Positions 48,291 through 59,820 of a stretch of DNA of 64,000 bases are shown one piece after another. Origin of the DNA: Rebecca billardiae RCC1528 (taxonomy: Eukaryota > Protista > Haptophyta); contig OZ251222.1 in the NCBI GenBank assembly GCA_965240325.2, positions 1,550,001-1,614,000 on the forward strand, given 5' to 3'. Made by a program: the position numbers and the translations under genes. Under the pieces are notes generated by a model that saw only the letters and a list, made by a program, of their open reading frames with translations, was not told the DNA's origin and searched no databases. The number at the start of each line of letters is the position of its first letter. Position 1 is the stretch's first letter.

Positions 48291-49148
48291 TCACGAGGTG
48301 ATGGGAGCCTTGCACCGCGGGCACTCGCCCGCACTCTCGGGCTCCAGGAGCCAGCGCGTGGCGCACTGCTTGTGGAAGACGTGCATGCACGGCAGCGTGA
48401 GCAGCAGCTCGCCCTGCTCGTACTCCTGCAGGCAGATGGAGCACTCCGTGTGCGCCTGCTTGCCGTGCGAGCCTGCGCGCCTCTCAGGCAGCGCGTCGAT
48501 GGCGCGGAGCCGGGCGACGAGCCGCGCCTCGGGGTTCGGCCCGCCGGGGATCGGAGTGGCGGAGGGCCGCATCCCAGCCGGCGGCTCGAAGGCCAGAGCG
48601 ATTTCGCGCATCTCGCGCTCCTGCGCTCTCCTGCGCGCGCCGAGCCGCCAGCGCACGAAGAGCTTGACGCCGACGACGAGCAGGCACAGAAACACCAGGA
48701 TCGCACTCGCCCAGGCGAAGAACATCTCGAGGGAGATGTCGATTGTGAGCCGGTCGCCCCCCGAAGGGCACTCGTCTAGTCGTTGCCGCGGGTCGTCGCA
48801 CTCGAGCGAGCGCCCGCGGCGCTCAAAGCTGGCCGTGCAGAAGCCCTCGCTCCCGCAGCCGTCCTCGCTCGTCGACGCGCACCACATGCAGCCCTGGTCC
48901 GCAGCTTGCAGGCAGGCGCGGCACGACGAGCGCACATTGTCGCGGTAGCATGGGATCGTGTCCTCCGGCGAATCCGAGCTCCACTTGTCCAGGCAGCAGC
49001 AGTCCTCGTCGCTAGCCTGCCCGCAGCACGAGCTGACGCACTCCCGCGTGCTGGCGCACCAGGCGCACCCGCTGAGGCGACCGCAGTCGCCGTCGTCATT
49101 GACGCTCTCACAGTCGACTGCGCTGCTGGAGTTCCCGCCGCATGACAT
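48291..49148 (-). CDS. Transmembrane RING-H2 E3 ubiquitin ligase with Cys-rich (PSI-like) ectodomain
   Basis: C..GCAWC..C and SCRACL..GCMWC..C repeats; TM FFAWASAILVFLCLLVVGV; RING-H2 CSICL..LPCMHVFHKQC..W..CPRCK. Start taken at MSCGGN (49148). Confidence 0.88.
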   Translation of the reverse strand: MSCGGNSSSAVDCESVNDDGDCGRLSGCAWCASTRECVSSCCGQASDEDCCCLDKWSSDSPEDTIPCYRDNVRSSCRACLQAADQGCMWCASTSEDGCGSEGFCTASFERRGRSLECDDPRQRLDECPSGGDRLTIDISLEMFFAWASAILVFLCLLVVGVKLFVRWRLGARRRAQEREMREIALAFEPPAGMRPSATPIPGGPNPEARLVARLRAIDALPERRAGSHGKQAHTECSICLQEYEQGELLLTLPCMHVFHKQCATRWLLEPESAGECPRCKAPITS

Positions 49149-49366
49149 GTGAAGCCTCACAACGTGTCCGCGCCCGCAGCGATAGGTCACGCGCCGCTCT
49201 CGCCCCCCGGCCACCAGAAGATCTTGATCGCCGGCACCCGGGAGATCGCTTCCGCTGCGCGCAGCTTCGTCAACGATGAATGCTGATGTGAAAACTGATG
49301 AAAACTGAAAAGATCGCGTCAAAAGAACGGCCTCCGGCCGTCGTCGCGTCGGTGTCGGCCGTGAGC

Positions 49367-50434
49367 ATGCCGCAGCTTCGGCCTGCGCACCGCGTGTTCG
49401 CCCTGTCGCTCGGCGCATCCGTGGCGTGCGCCTTCCGGGCGCCGCTGGCGCTTCGTGTCACGCCACTCGGGGCGGCTTCGCCCTCACCGGCGCTCATGAC
49501 GCTCACCAGGCTGCGCGGCGGCGGGCGCGCACTCGGCTCGCTCACAGGTGTCGCGCAGCGTCCGCGCGCCACTCCGAGCATGCTCTCCGGCCTCGGCATC
49601 TCTGCCGCTGTCATCGGAGGCTTCAACGCCCTCGGCTGCGCGATCACGCTCGTCTCCCCCGAGCGGGGCGAGAAGCTGACAGACCTGCTGGGCACTGGAT
49701 CGATCGCCCTCTCCGCCCTCGCTGTCCATGCGGCGAGTCCCGCTGGGATGGCGGCGAGGCCGCTGCTGGTGACGGCCTGCATCGTCACGTGGGGCGCTCG
49801 GCTTGCAAGTTTCCTCTTCTATCGCGTCCTCTCCGTCGGCTCCGACACACGCCTCACCGCCTACTTCGAGACGCCGGGCGGTGTCGCAGCCTTCTGGTCC
49901 GTGAGTGCCGTCTGGGGCTGGATGAACGCGCTGCCGCACTCGCTGCTCTGCTTCTCGCCCGCGGCGGCGACGCCGCTTGGCGCGTGCGGGTACGCCGCCG
50001 CGGCGCTCTTCGGCGTGGGATTCGGCGTCGAGGCCGTCGCCGACTGGCAAAAGTGGCAGTTCAAGGGCGACCCCGCCAACAAGGGGCGCTGGTGCGACGT
50101 CGGGCTGTGGTCTCAGTGCAGGCACCCAAACTATGCCGGCGAGATTGTCGTCTGGACGTCCGTGTTCCTGCTCTGCGCGCCCGCCCTCGTCGGCGCGCCC
50201 GGCGTCGGCTCGGTCTTCGCCCAGTATGCGCGCGTGCTCGCTGCAGCCAGCACGCCGGCTTTCGTCACGGGGCTGCTGCTCGGCGTCTCCGGCGTGCCGC
50301 TCGCCGAGGCACGGAATGAGGAGCGGTTCGGCTCGCTCGAGGCGTACAAGGCGTACAAGCGCGACACGCCGCTGCTCGTGCCGCGCATTTCGGTTGGAGC
50401 GGGCGGCTCGCGGGGTGTTGGTGGGCCGCAGTAG
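49367..50434 (+). CDS. DUF1295 / steroid 5-alpha-reductase-like membrane protein, probably plastid-targeted
   Basis: EKLTDLLG, WGARLASFLFYR, DTRL, EAVADWQKWQFK, GLWSQCRHPNYAGE, SGVPLAE, Y..YKR.TP.LVP. Signal peptide ending ACA-F followed by an Arg/Ser/Thr-rich transit-like stretch. Confidence 0.88.
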   Translation: MPQLRPAHRVFALSLGASVACAFRAPLALRVTPLGAASPSPALMTLTRLRGGGRALGSLTGVAQRPRATPSMLSGLGISAAVIGGFNALGCAITLVSPERGEKLTDLLGTGSIALSALAVHAASPAGMAARPLLVTACIVTWGARLASFLFYRVLSVGSDTRLTAYFETPGGVAAFWSVSAVWGWMNALPHSLLCFSPAAATPLGACGYAAAALFGVGFGVEAVADWQKWQFKGDPANKGRWCDVGLWSQCRHPNYAGEIVVWTSVFLLCAPALVGAPGVGSVFAQYARVLAAASTPAFVTGLLLGVSGVPLAEARNEERFGSLEAYKAYKRDTPLLVPRISVGAGGSRGVGGPQ

Positions 50435-51017
50435 TGGATCGCGAATGTCACCGATCGGACGAGCCGTCACGACTCCGCATTGTCACCGAGTTCACGCGAT
50501 GCGAGACAAGGGACTGGGAGGCTTCAATGGCGGTCTTACTTATGCTGAGTGCGTGAGACTGTTTATGTTTAACCGTGCAATGCTGCGTGCAATTTGGCCC
50601 TTTGTACTACGCGCACGCATATTGAAAAGACGACAATGAGCGCGCGCGCATGCAGAGGATTCTTAAATCGTCGTCGACTCGTCTGAATCGCCGGCCTCGC
50701 AGCACCCGGAGCACTCTGACTCTCAGGCGGCAGCAGTTATCCGGGCAACGGCGGTACGTAGTAGCTAGCAGCCTTCGGAGTGCTCTGCAAGGCAATATTG
50801 AGTCGCGGTTACCAGTGTCGATAGTGATCGATCTGACGACGATCATATGCGATGCGCCCCGATGCGGATGCGCCATGCGCCGGATTGCGCCGTTATTTAT
50901 TTATATTGCGCCGCGCGCCATTCGTCATCATTATTAGAATGTCGTATGCGGGCGCGGACGATGATACTTAGCGTTGATACCGCGACTAACAGTATTACAG
51001 TAGCAGCTTACGACTGC

Positions 51018-52541
51018 TCACATCTTAGCAGCAGGCCGACTACTATTACTACGAAATCGCAGCCGCCATCTCGCGCAACGGGCGGCGAGCAGCGCGAGCC
51101 CGGCCGCGACGCCGATCGCGGCCACGATGCCCCTCGCCCACAGCCACGCCGCCACACGGCGGACGAGCTCGTGCGGTCGCGTGCTGTAGATTGCTGCGCG
51201 CGCGCGGTGGCGCTTGGCGGAGACGGGCAGCTTGGGCGGGCGCTCGCGGCCCTTGAGCCGCTGGATCTCGCTCCATCCGATCTTGCGCGCGCGCGCCGGC
51301 AGCTTGCGCGAGAGGAGCGTCGCGCTCGCCGACCACGCCTCGCCCGCCGGCGCCGCGCAGCTCTGCCGCAGCGCCTCCGACTCGGCGCGCACTCGCTCCG
51401 TGAAGCCGCGCAGCGATGCCATCGGGATCTCGAGCTGCACGAGCCGCGAGTCTGTCAGCGCGGACGAGTTGTGGCGGGCGGTCGTCAGCCCGGGCACGTC
51501 CGCGTGGATGTACGCGTACACGACCCCGCCGTCGGCACCCACGACGAGCCCATCCACGGCGTGGTCCGCCGTCCGCCCGCCGTACGCGGGCGGCGAGCTC
51601 GCAAGCACCTCGAGCGCCGAGAAGCGAGCGCCGTCGCACGAGATGGCGATGCCGACAAAGCAGTCCCGCCCGTCGGCCCGGGACGTGGGGAAGAGGCCGA
51701 GGAGCGTGCGCCCGCCGTCGGCGGGGTTGGGCTTGACCACGCCGAAGTACACGTTGTCCGCCTCGACGCGGTGCCCCTCGATTTCGAGCAGCCGGAACGG
51801 CGACCACGGACCGTCAAACGACGGGGCGCGCGTCACCTGCACGAACCGGCCCTTGTCTCGTAGCGGCGACGTGTTGGCGCGGGCGTACAGGAGCGCGGCG
51901 TCGCGGTGGAGCGCGAGCGAGAGGAAGCCATCGAATTCACACGCGAGCTGCCCGTGGCGCCTGTCGTACAGCCGCGGGATCAGCCTCGCCTCGAAGCATC
52001 CGCGCGCGTCGCCCCTCAGCACCGACGCGGGCGTGAGCCGGCCAAAATCGCCGCCGTCCACCTGCGAGCGGCGGAGCGCCCGACGGACGTGCACGCCGGT
52101 GGGCCTGCCGGATGCACTCGCGTTGTACTGCGCCGGAAGCGTGCCCCAGTACTCGCCGCCGGCGCCGACAAACGTGCCGAGCGCCGGCTCGAAGATGGGC
52201 GCAAAGTTGTGCGCACTGCTGTGGTCGCGCACAAACGTGTGGCGCGGGCCTCGGACGAGCGCGTGCGGCGTGGCGTGCGTCCAGAGCGCGGTAGTCGCCT
52301 CGTTCTGCGAGTTGGCGCGCGATGCTCTCCGCGCGAACACCCACAGCTCATCCGCAGGCTTGGGCTCAAACGATTCGTGCACGCGCACGACTGAGAAATA
52401 CCGCGCGCTGTCGCCGGGGGGCAGCCGGTCGATGACGCGAGTGTGGGCGATGATGGGGTGGTACTGGCGGCTGAATGGCTCACGCGAACCAGCCGACGAC
52501 GCCGCGACCGCGCCGCACGAGGCGTGGATTGCCAGGAACAT
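51018..52541 (-). CDS. Uncharacterised secreted, C-terminally membrane-anchored protein (possible glycoside-hydrolase-like beta-propeller)
   Basis: 507-aa intronless ORF with natural composition, short N-terminal hydrophobic segment, HNFAPIF, CEFDGFLSL..LLYARAN..GRFVQV, and a C-terminal TM (GIVAAIGVAAGLALLAA). The fold call is inference. Confidence 0.7.
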   Translation of the reverse strand: MFLAIHASCGAVAASSAGSREPFSRQYHPIIAHTRVIDRLPPGDSARYFSVVRVHESFEPKPADELWVFARRASRANSQNEATTALWTHATPHALVRGPRHTFVRDHSSAHNFAPIFEPALGTFVGAGGEYWGTLPAQYNASASGRPTGVHVRRALRRSQVDGGDFGRLTPASVLRGDARGCFEARLIPRLYDRRHGQLACEFDGFLSLALHRDAALLYARANTSPLRDKGRFVQVTRAPSFDGPWSPFRLLEIEGHRVEADNVYFGVVKPNPADGGRTLLGLFPTSRADGRDCFVGIAISCDGARFSALEVLASSPPAYGGRTADHAVDGLVVGADGGVVYAYIHADVPGLTTARHNSSALTDSRLVQLEIPMASLRGFTERVRAESEALRQSCAAPAGEAWSASATLLSRKLPARARKIGWSEIQRLKGRERPPKLPVSAKRHRARAAIYSTRPHELVRRVAAWLWARGIVAAIGVAAGLALLAARCARWRLRFRSNSSRPAAKM

Positions 52542-53113
52542 CAGAGGAGTTGTGCATCACCTCTCGAGCGGTGCGACCGGCGACGGGCCGCCATCGTCGT
52601 TCGCCATACGTGGGGCCGTGCACGGCGTGCGAGGCGATTTCGTCCGCGGGCTGCTTCCGCCTGCCTGGAATCTTGCGCTTGATTCTCGCGTCCGCTCGGG
52701 TCGCGAGTGGCGCCAGTCGCAACTCGCTCGAGACAGCCGGTCTCACTTTCAACTTCTGCGCGTCCAGACTGTCGACGAGTCTGTCGACAGGCCGGCGGAG
52801 GAGCCGTCATCGAGCCACGAGAAGTGGACACTGAGAATACTGGGCCAGTTCGGCAGATTCGGCTGCGCCTGCGATGCCGACGGCTGCTCATGTCACTGTA
52901 CGGCAGGCTGCTTCAAAACACTAGTTACAGTACTCACACGCGCAGCGTAGTGGCTCCTACGGCAGAGTCGGAGCCATCCGCCCCGGCCGGCAGTTCCGAC
53001 GGTACGATGTCGCCGTGCTGACCGACGGATGCAGGCGGAGACATCAGCGAGGCCGGGAGGTCGCGGTGCTGGCACGTTGCACGGCGTGTGCGGCACACAG
53101 CGCCGTCGGGCGC

Positions 53114-54491
53114 TTACGCGCTCGACAGCGCCGCAATGCCGGGCAGCTCCTTGCCCTCGAGCAGCTCGAGCGACGCGCCGCCGCCCGTCGACACGTGTGT
53201 CATCTTCTCCTCCGTGTCGTACTTCTTGCAGCACGTCGCCGTGTCGCCGCCGCCGATCACCGTGACGATGCCCGCCTTGGTCGCCTCGCACATCGTGGTC
53301 ATCATGGTCTTCGTGCCCGTCTCGAACTTGGTCATCTCGAACACGCCCATCGGGCCGTTCCAGATGATGGTCTGCGCCCAAGGAGGCGGGGGCCGGCGCG
53401 GGGCGCGGGCGCGCGTGGAGTCGTGAGGCGGGCGGAGGGGGCGAACGGCGCACGTGGCAGCGGCGCGGCGGCGGCGGCGGCGGCACTGCGCGCACCTTCG
53501 ACTCCATGATCACCTTGGAGAAGAGCTCGTTCGACTTGGCGCCGCAGTCGAGGCCCATCATGCCGTCCGGGATGCCGCTCTCGAGCGTCGCCGCGCCGAT
53601 CTCGCCGTCCTCGCCGAACTTGGACGAGGTGATGAAGTCGCAGGGCAGGTAGATCTCGACGTTCTTCGCCTTCGCCATCTCCATGATCTCGGGCACGATC
53701 TTCGCGCCCTCCTCGTCGAACAGCGACGTGCCGATCGCCATGCCGTGGTTCACCTTGAGGAACGTGTACGCCATCCCGCCGCCGACAATCATCTTGTCAA
53801 CCTTGTCCAGCATGTTCTTGATGAGCTGGATCTTGTCGGAGACCTTGGCGCCGCCGAGGATGGCGAGCACCGGCCGCGCCGGGCTGTTCAGCACCTTGGC
53901 GAACGCGTCGAGCTCCTTCGCCACCAGGAAGCCCGACGCCTTCACGTCGTAGCCATCGCCGACCATCGACGAGTGCGCGCGGTGCGCGGTGCCAAACGCG
54001 TCGTTGACGTAGATGTCGGCGAGCTTGGCGAGCGAGGCGCGGAACGCGGTGACGGCGTCCTTCTCCGCCTTGATCTTCTCGCCCGCCGCGTTCACGCCCT
54101 TGCCCTCCTCCTCCACATGGAAGCGCAGGTTCTCGAGCAGAATGACCGAGCCATCGGCCGGCGAGGCGCACGCCGCCTCGACCTCGGGACCGGCGCAGTC
54201 CTTGAGGAAGGTGACGGGCTTCCCGAGCAGCGTCTCGAGCGCCTTCGCCACCGGCGCCATCGAGTACTTCTCCACCACCGAGCCATCCGGCCGGCCGAGG
54301 TGCGAGCAGAGCACGACCGACTTTGCGCCCTTGTCGAGGCAGTGCTTAATCGTGGGCAGGGCGCCCTCGATGCGCGCGGTGTTGGTGATCTTCGTCGGAT
54401 CAGCCTTGTCCTGCGGCACGTTGAAGTCCACACGGATGAGCACGCGCTTGCCAGCGACGTCCACGTTCGAGAGCTGCAGCTTGCTGAGCAT
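53114..54491 (-). CDS. PGK: Phosphoglycerate kinase (cytosolic)
   Basis: [80 protein letters not shown]. Exons 54491-53496 and 53371-53114; no presequence. Confidence 0.98.
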
Positions 54492-54674
54492 GGCGACGGA
54501 AGATGACGCGGATGGGCGGAGGATGCGAGGGCACGATGCGAGGCCCGGGATGCGCGGGCGAAGATGATGTGCGCGAGGTCCGGACAAGCACTGTCTTGGG
54601 ACAGCTTTGGTAAATCCGCCGCAACGAAGCAAATGCGAAACTCGCAGCATCAAATCAGACCACATCCATTCACA
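54492..54674. promoter_or_regulatory. Putative bidirectional promoter (PGK / JmjC-ankyrin)
   Basis: 183 bp between divergent start codons. Confidence 0.55.
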
Positions 54675-56009
54675 ATGGCGGCCGCGCGCGTGATCGAGTG
54701 TGCCCACGTGGGACCCTCAGCCCTCGCGGACGCGGTGCGCGCCGCGGGCGCGCCGTGCGTGCTACGTGGCCTCAGCTGGCCTGCACTCGATCGTCTGGGC
54801 TGGACCACCGGCTCTGTGGATGCCACCGAGCGCATGCTGGGCCATGCGCGCATCGCGCTCCGCGACGCGCGCGCCGTCGAGCGCAGCGGCGGTGCGTTTG
54901 CAACGGCGCGAAGCGCCCGCGCGGACGAGCTCGCGGCGTCGGCGGCTCTGGCGTTCTCGACGTCATACGACGACGAGCTCGTGCGGCGGCTCAAGCCCGC
55001 GCTCGACCAGCCTCCGACCGCGCTGCGCCCGACCGCCAGCCGGCCCATCGTCTCGGTCGGCGGATCCGGACTCGGCCTCGGCTTCCACCAGCACGACGAG
55101 AGCTGGCTGTACCTGGTGTGCGGGCGCAAGCGCTGGGGCTTCGGCGCGCCCGAGCGCTCCTCCCTCCGCGGCCGCCGCCTCGCCGCGGATCAACGCGCCG
55201 CGGCCGACGAGCTGCCGGCGGCGGACGCGGACGTGCGGTGCGAGCAGCGGCCGGGCGAAGTCGTGGTCGTGCCGCGCGGCTGGTGGCACGCGACGCGCAA
55301 CTGCGAGGAGGAGCGGCTCACGCTTGGGCTCGGCGGGCTCGGCCCTTCGCCGGGGCTCCACTTCGCCGCGGCGCGCGGCCAGCTGCCCGAGCTGCACGCG
55401 GCGGCCGACGCGCGGCTGCTCGCGCGCGCCGCGGACGGCCTGGCCCGCTCGCTGCTGCACACGGCGGCCGAGCACGGCCAGCTCGACGTGGCGCGCGAGC
55501 TGGACTGGCGAGAGACGCGCGCGGGCGGGGCGGCGGCGCGCAGCGGCGCGGGCGAGGCCTGGCTCCACGCCGCGCGCGACGCCGCCGGCGCGACGCCGCT
55601 CCACTGGGCGGCCGGCGGCGGCGGGTGCGCCGGGCTGGACGCGGCCGCGCGCACGTGCGAGTGGCTGCTGCTGGCACACCCGCGCGCCGTGCGCGCGACC
55701 GACCGCTGGGGCACGACGGCGCTGCACTGGGTGGCGCGGACGGGCGACGTGCGCACGGCGCAGCTGCTCGTGCGCGCGGGCGCGGACCCAGACGCGCAGG
55801 ACGCGCGCGGCTGCCGCCTCGCGCACCTCGCGGCGGCGGAGGGCCACGTGCCTCTGCTGCGCTGGCTCGCGGGCACGGCGGCGGCAGATGTGCGCGCGCC
55901 CGACGGCGCGGGCCGGACGCCGCTTGAGTGGGCGGTCGCCAGTGGCGCGCGCGACACGGCGGACTGGCTCACGGCGAACGGCGTCGCTCCCGCCAGAGTC
56001 GCTGGCTGA
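54675..56009 (+). CDS. JmjC (JMJD8-like, HxH..H) oxygenase fused to ankyrin repeats
   Basis: [35 protein letters not shown], then ankyrin repeats [34 protein letters not shown]. Confidence 0.88.
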   Translation: MAAARVIECAHVGPSALADAVRAAGAPCVLRGLSWPALDRLGWTTGSVDATERMLGHARIALRDARAVERSGGAFATARSARADELAASAALAFSTSYDDELVRRLKPALDQPPTALRPTASRPIVSVGGSGLGLGFHQHDESWLYLVCGRKRWGFGAPERSSLRGRRLAADQRAAADELPAADADVRCEQRPGEVVVVPRGWWHATRNCEEERLTLGLGGLGPSPGLHFAAARGQLPELHAAADARLLARAADGLARSLLHTAAEHGQLDVARELDWRETRAGGAAARSGAGEAWLHAARDAAGATPLHWAAGGGGCAGLDAAARTCEWLLLAHPRAVRATDRWGTTALHWVARTGDVRTAQLLVRAGADPDAQDARGCRLAHLAAAEGHVPLLRWLAGTAAADVRAPDGAGRTPLEWAVASGARDTADWLTANGVAPARVAG

Positions 56010-56415
56010 AGCAGATCTATCTTCTCATTCCAGTCGGTCAGCCTGGGCCAGTCAGCCTGCGGTGCCGACGCTCCGTCGGGCGTAAGTCTCGCGGTGACTC
56101 TCAGTCGGCGAGTCGCGCAGCTCGAGAGTCGAGACTCCGACGATGAGAGTCCGACGGGCGGCGGAGCGGTGCGGCTGTGAGGCGTGATGTGGGACGCGCA
56201 AGCTAGTGAAATGGCGGACCGTGACGATCCCGAGGCTCCCCGAGTCCCACGCCGTGTGAAAGCCTGAAAGGCACGTCGAACCGGCACGAACTGATATGGA
56301 AATGCCGCGCACCATAAGTGATAAGAGGCGGTTACACTTACTTACGTACGCGCTGGATGGACGCCCCACCCGGACAGGACGGCGGTCGGCGGCGTCATCG
56401 CCACCCCTCCACGTG

Positions 56416-57150
56416 ATGTCGACGGCGGCCAGGCTGGGCAAACGGCGCGAACGGGAGCCGGGCTCCCGCCCGACGGTGTGCTTGTGCGTGTGCGGCTCGG
56501 TCGCGGCTGTCAAGCTCCCCGAGCTTGTCGCCGAACTCGCTGACGCGGGCATCGGCATGCACATCGTTCTGACGGCGGCCGCGCGCCACTTTGTCGAGGG
56601 CGTCGTGTACAAGGGGCGCACCGGCATGGAGGCGCTCCGCGCGGTTCGCGAGGACCGCGCCGCATCGATCGAGACGTGGATTGACTCTGACGAGTGGGAC
56701 GGGTACGCCGCCGTCGGTGTCGACCCCGTGCTCCACGTGGAGCTCGCGACGCGGAGCGACGCATTGCTCCTCGCGCCGCTCGACGCGCACACGCTCGCCA
56801 AGGCGGCGCTCGGGCTGTGCGACAACCTGGCGAGCTGCGTCGTGCGCGCATGGCCGTACGGGCTCGACACGACCGCGGTCGGCGCCCCGCGCCCCAAGCC
56901 CATCCTCGCCGCGCCCGCGATGAACACGGTGATGTGGCACCAGTCCCTGACACACTCGCACCTCAGCACGCTGCGCGCGCGCGGCGTGCGCGTCGTCGAG
57001 CCGATCAGCAAGCTGCTCGCGTGCGGCGACAGGGGCGTTGGGGCGATGGCAGACGTGGCCGACATCGCTGCTGCCGTGCAAAGCGCGCTCGCTGACGCCG
57101 ATGCTGCAGCGCCAGCCCCGGCGGCTGAGCGCCGCATGGAGTGCAGGTAG
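56416..57150 (+). CDS. PPCDC: Phosphopantothenoylcysteine decarboxylase (HAL3/CoaC flavoprotein)
   Basis: GSVAAVK, VLHVELA, APLDAHTLAK..GLCDNL, PAMNTVMW, KLLACGDRGVG. Confidence 0.93.
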   Translation: MSTAARLGKRREREPGSRPTVCLCVCGSVAAVKLPELVAELADAGIGMHIVLTAAARHFVEGVVYKGRTGMEALRAVREDRAASIETWIDSDEWDGYAAVGVDPVLHVELATRSDALLLAPLDAHTLAKAALGLCDNLASCVVRAWPYGLDTTAVGAPRPKPILAAPAMNTVMWHQSLTHSHLSTLRARGVRVVEPISKLLACGDRGVGAMADVADIAAAVQSALADADAAAPAPAAERRMECR

Positions 57151-57365
57151 CCCGCTTCACTGCGCCGAAGAGTAATAGAGTTCAATCGAGTACAATCTGA
57201 AATCAGTAATGCTTTGACACGGGCTCCGGCCGGGCCACTCTCAGGAACCACTCGCCCCGCCGCCACCGGCCGGGCGTGACCGAATAAAGGCGATCGCATT
57301 TCGGCCCATCAGGCATCAGCGCAATTGGCCTGACTGATGAGGGCGGGCGAGCGGGGTCCGACTCC

Positions 57366-59717
57366 ATGATGCGGCCCGAGCGGATGAGGGCGCACCTCGG
57401 CCGGCGCGTGCGCGCCGGCGTGGCGGCGGCCGTGGGGGCCAGCACGCTCCTGGCACTGGTGCTGGTGTTCCGCGACCGCTCGTTCGCCGCCCCCGCCGCG
57501 ATTCGCCACCGCCGCTCGCGCGCATCCTCGTCGCGCGCCAGGCGTGTGGGCTCTGGCGAGCTGCCGACGTGTGACGGCGAGGAGGACTGGCCTAAGGCGT
57601 TCATGGCTGGCGAGGAGGCGAACACATGCCTGCAGCTGTGCATAGCCCCCGAGTGGGTGCGCCTCGCGCGTGCGCACGGCGCGCGCTTCGGCAAGACGTG
57701 CACGGCAGACTACGCATGCGACGAGTTCCTGCGCACCGAGTACCACTCAGCCGTGCGCACGCTCGTCTTCGCGTGCCCGGAGCCGATCCCGCCGGAGACC
57801 CCGGACCCGCCGCCGCCGCCGCCCTCGCCGCCTCCACCGCCGCCACCCTCGCCGCCCCTGGCACCCCCGCCCACCTCGCCGCCACCGCCGCCGCCGATCA
57901 CGTGCATGCCGGCGCGCACGGGCGACGCGCGGCTCACCGCGTACCCCACGGGCATCGTCGAGGTGTTCCGGGAGGCGGAGGGCGCGAAGGCGGAGGGTCC
58001 GCGCCCCGGCGAGTGGGGCTCGCTGTGCGGCGTGTTCTTCCGCGAGGACACCAACGGCGCCGACGTCGTCTGCCGCCAGCTCGGGTACGCGCGCTCCTCC
58101 GCGCAGCTCCCGCTGACAGTGGACCGCTCGCGCGACCACGACGCGAGGCTGGACCCCGTGCCGATGCTGGGCGCGGCGTGCGCGAGCGGGAACGAGAGCT
58201 CGCTCGCGCAGTGCGCGGAGCGCGCGCCCGACGGGCCCACCGAGCGCCGCTGCTACCACCACAACTACGACGTGCAGATCACGTGCGTCGGCACGATCCG
58301 GCCGCACCGGAAGGCCCCCAGGGAGTACTGCGACGTGCCTTCGCCGATGCTCACGCACAGCGAGCACCCCGCCGCGCCGAGCAGCGGCGACAGCGGGCAC
58401 CACGACCGGGGCAGGAGGCACCGAGGGCACGACGACCACCACGACGACCACCACGACGACCACCGCTCGGCGCCGACCGCGCCGGCGCCGCGCGCCCGGG
58501 AGACGTGCGACGGCGCCGCACGGCTGACGGCCTACCCCAAAGGCTTTGTCCAGACGTACGACTTCGAGGCGGGCGGCTGGGGCGACGTGTGCGGGGTGCG
58601 CTTCAAGGAGGGCCTGCGCGGCGCGTCGGTGGTCTGCCGCGAGCTGGGGTACCCCCAGGGCGCGCTCGCGGTCAAGACCCACGACCGCTCGCACAACCGC
58701 TGGGTGAAGCACCTGCCCGTGCACGTGATGGCGCCCGTGTGCAACGGCACCGAGGCGGCCGTGCTCGAGTGCCCGCGCGACGCGGAGGTGAAGGAGGGCG
58801 CGTGCAAGGACCACAAGTACGACGCGGAGGTGACGTGCAAGGGTCCCCGCACGCCGCTCGCCCGCGCCGACGCCGCCAACCCGCCCCGCTTCGCCAACCA
58901 CTCCGACTGCGCCGTGGTCGCCATGGCCGCCGAGCGGCTGCAGGATCGGATCGACGCCGAGCTCTCGGCGCGCGCGCGCGCGGGCAAGATGAAGGCGGAC
59001 GACTTCGACTTCCACGTCGACCAGTGCATGGGCTTCGAGCGCACGACGCCGTGGTACGCGCGCGCGTGGTCACCAGCGCCGCCGCGCCGAGCGCCGAGCG
59101 CGCGCGCGTCGACACGGCTGCGCGCCCACACGCGATCGCTCCACGCCACGCACCGCGCGCGCGCCGCCCGCGCAGGACGGGCGACTACGAGGGCGAGGAC
59201 TGGTACTGCCCGCCCATCGACATCGAGCCGACGCCAGAGGACCACAACCCGTGGTGTCCGGATGTGCGCGCGCGGGGTGTGTGCCCCTTGGGAGGGCTGG
59301 CGGGGAGTGGCGGAGCCGTTACACCAAGGGCGGCCCAGCGCTGCTCCGCCCGCCCACGCCTCGCGCAGCTGGCCGGTCTGACCGCTCTCGCCCGGGCACT
59401 CCCTCCCCCGACACGCACGCGCCCCGGCTGCTCTGCGACTGGCTGAGCAGAAGTTCCTGCAGGACGCGTGGATGTTCTGGCCCTTTGTGCCGCAGAACCG
59501 AACGCTGCGCCAGCCCGAGTGCAGGAATGTCTGCCTGCCCGCGATGTTCCAGAAGATCGCGTACAAGCACGGCCTGAGCTACGGGACCACCTGCTACGAC
59601 TTGGGCTGCAGGCGCGCGATCGGCGGCTTCACCAAGCTGGGCGTGCACGCTTATCGTTTCGCTTGCGACGATGTCGAGGATGAGCAGTGGCCCGAGGGCG
59701 TCGAGCCCGAGGACTAG
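57366..59717 (+). CDS. Type II membrane protein with two SRCR-like domains, Pro linker, His/Asp linker and paired Cys-rich end domains
   Basis: TM VAAAVGASTLLALVLVF. SRCR motifs GIVEVF..WGSLCG..ADVVCRQLGY..C.GNE..L.QC and WGDVCG..ASVVCRELGY..CNGTE..LEC. Exons to 59053, then 59176-59263 and 59451-59717, with GT..AG introns that keep the frame. Confidence 0.82.
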
Positions 59718-59820
59718 CCACGCCCATCATCAGCCTTAGGGCCTTGCTGATGGTGTGGCCGCGAGCCGTACAGCAGAGTGACAGCAGTCGACCGATGAAG
59801 CCCGTGCCGTTGCCAACGGT

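Noticed and set aside
50435-51017. Small ORFs between the DUF1295 gene and the 507-aa gene
   Set aside because: AT-richer convergent 3' UTR/terminator region without coding-like codon bias or recognisable motifs.
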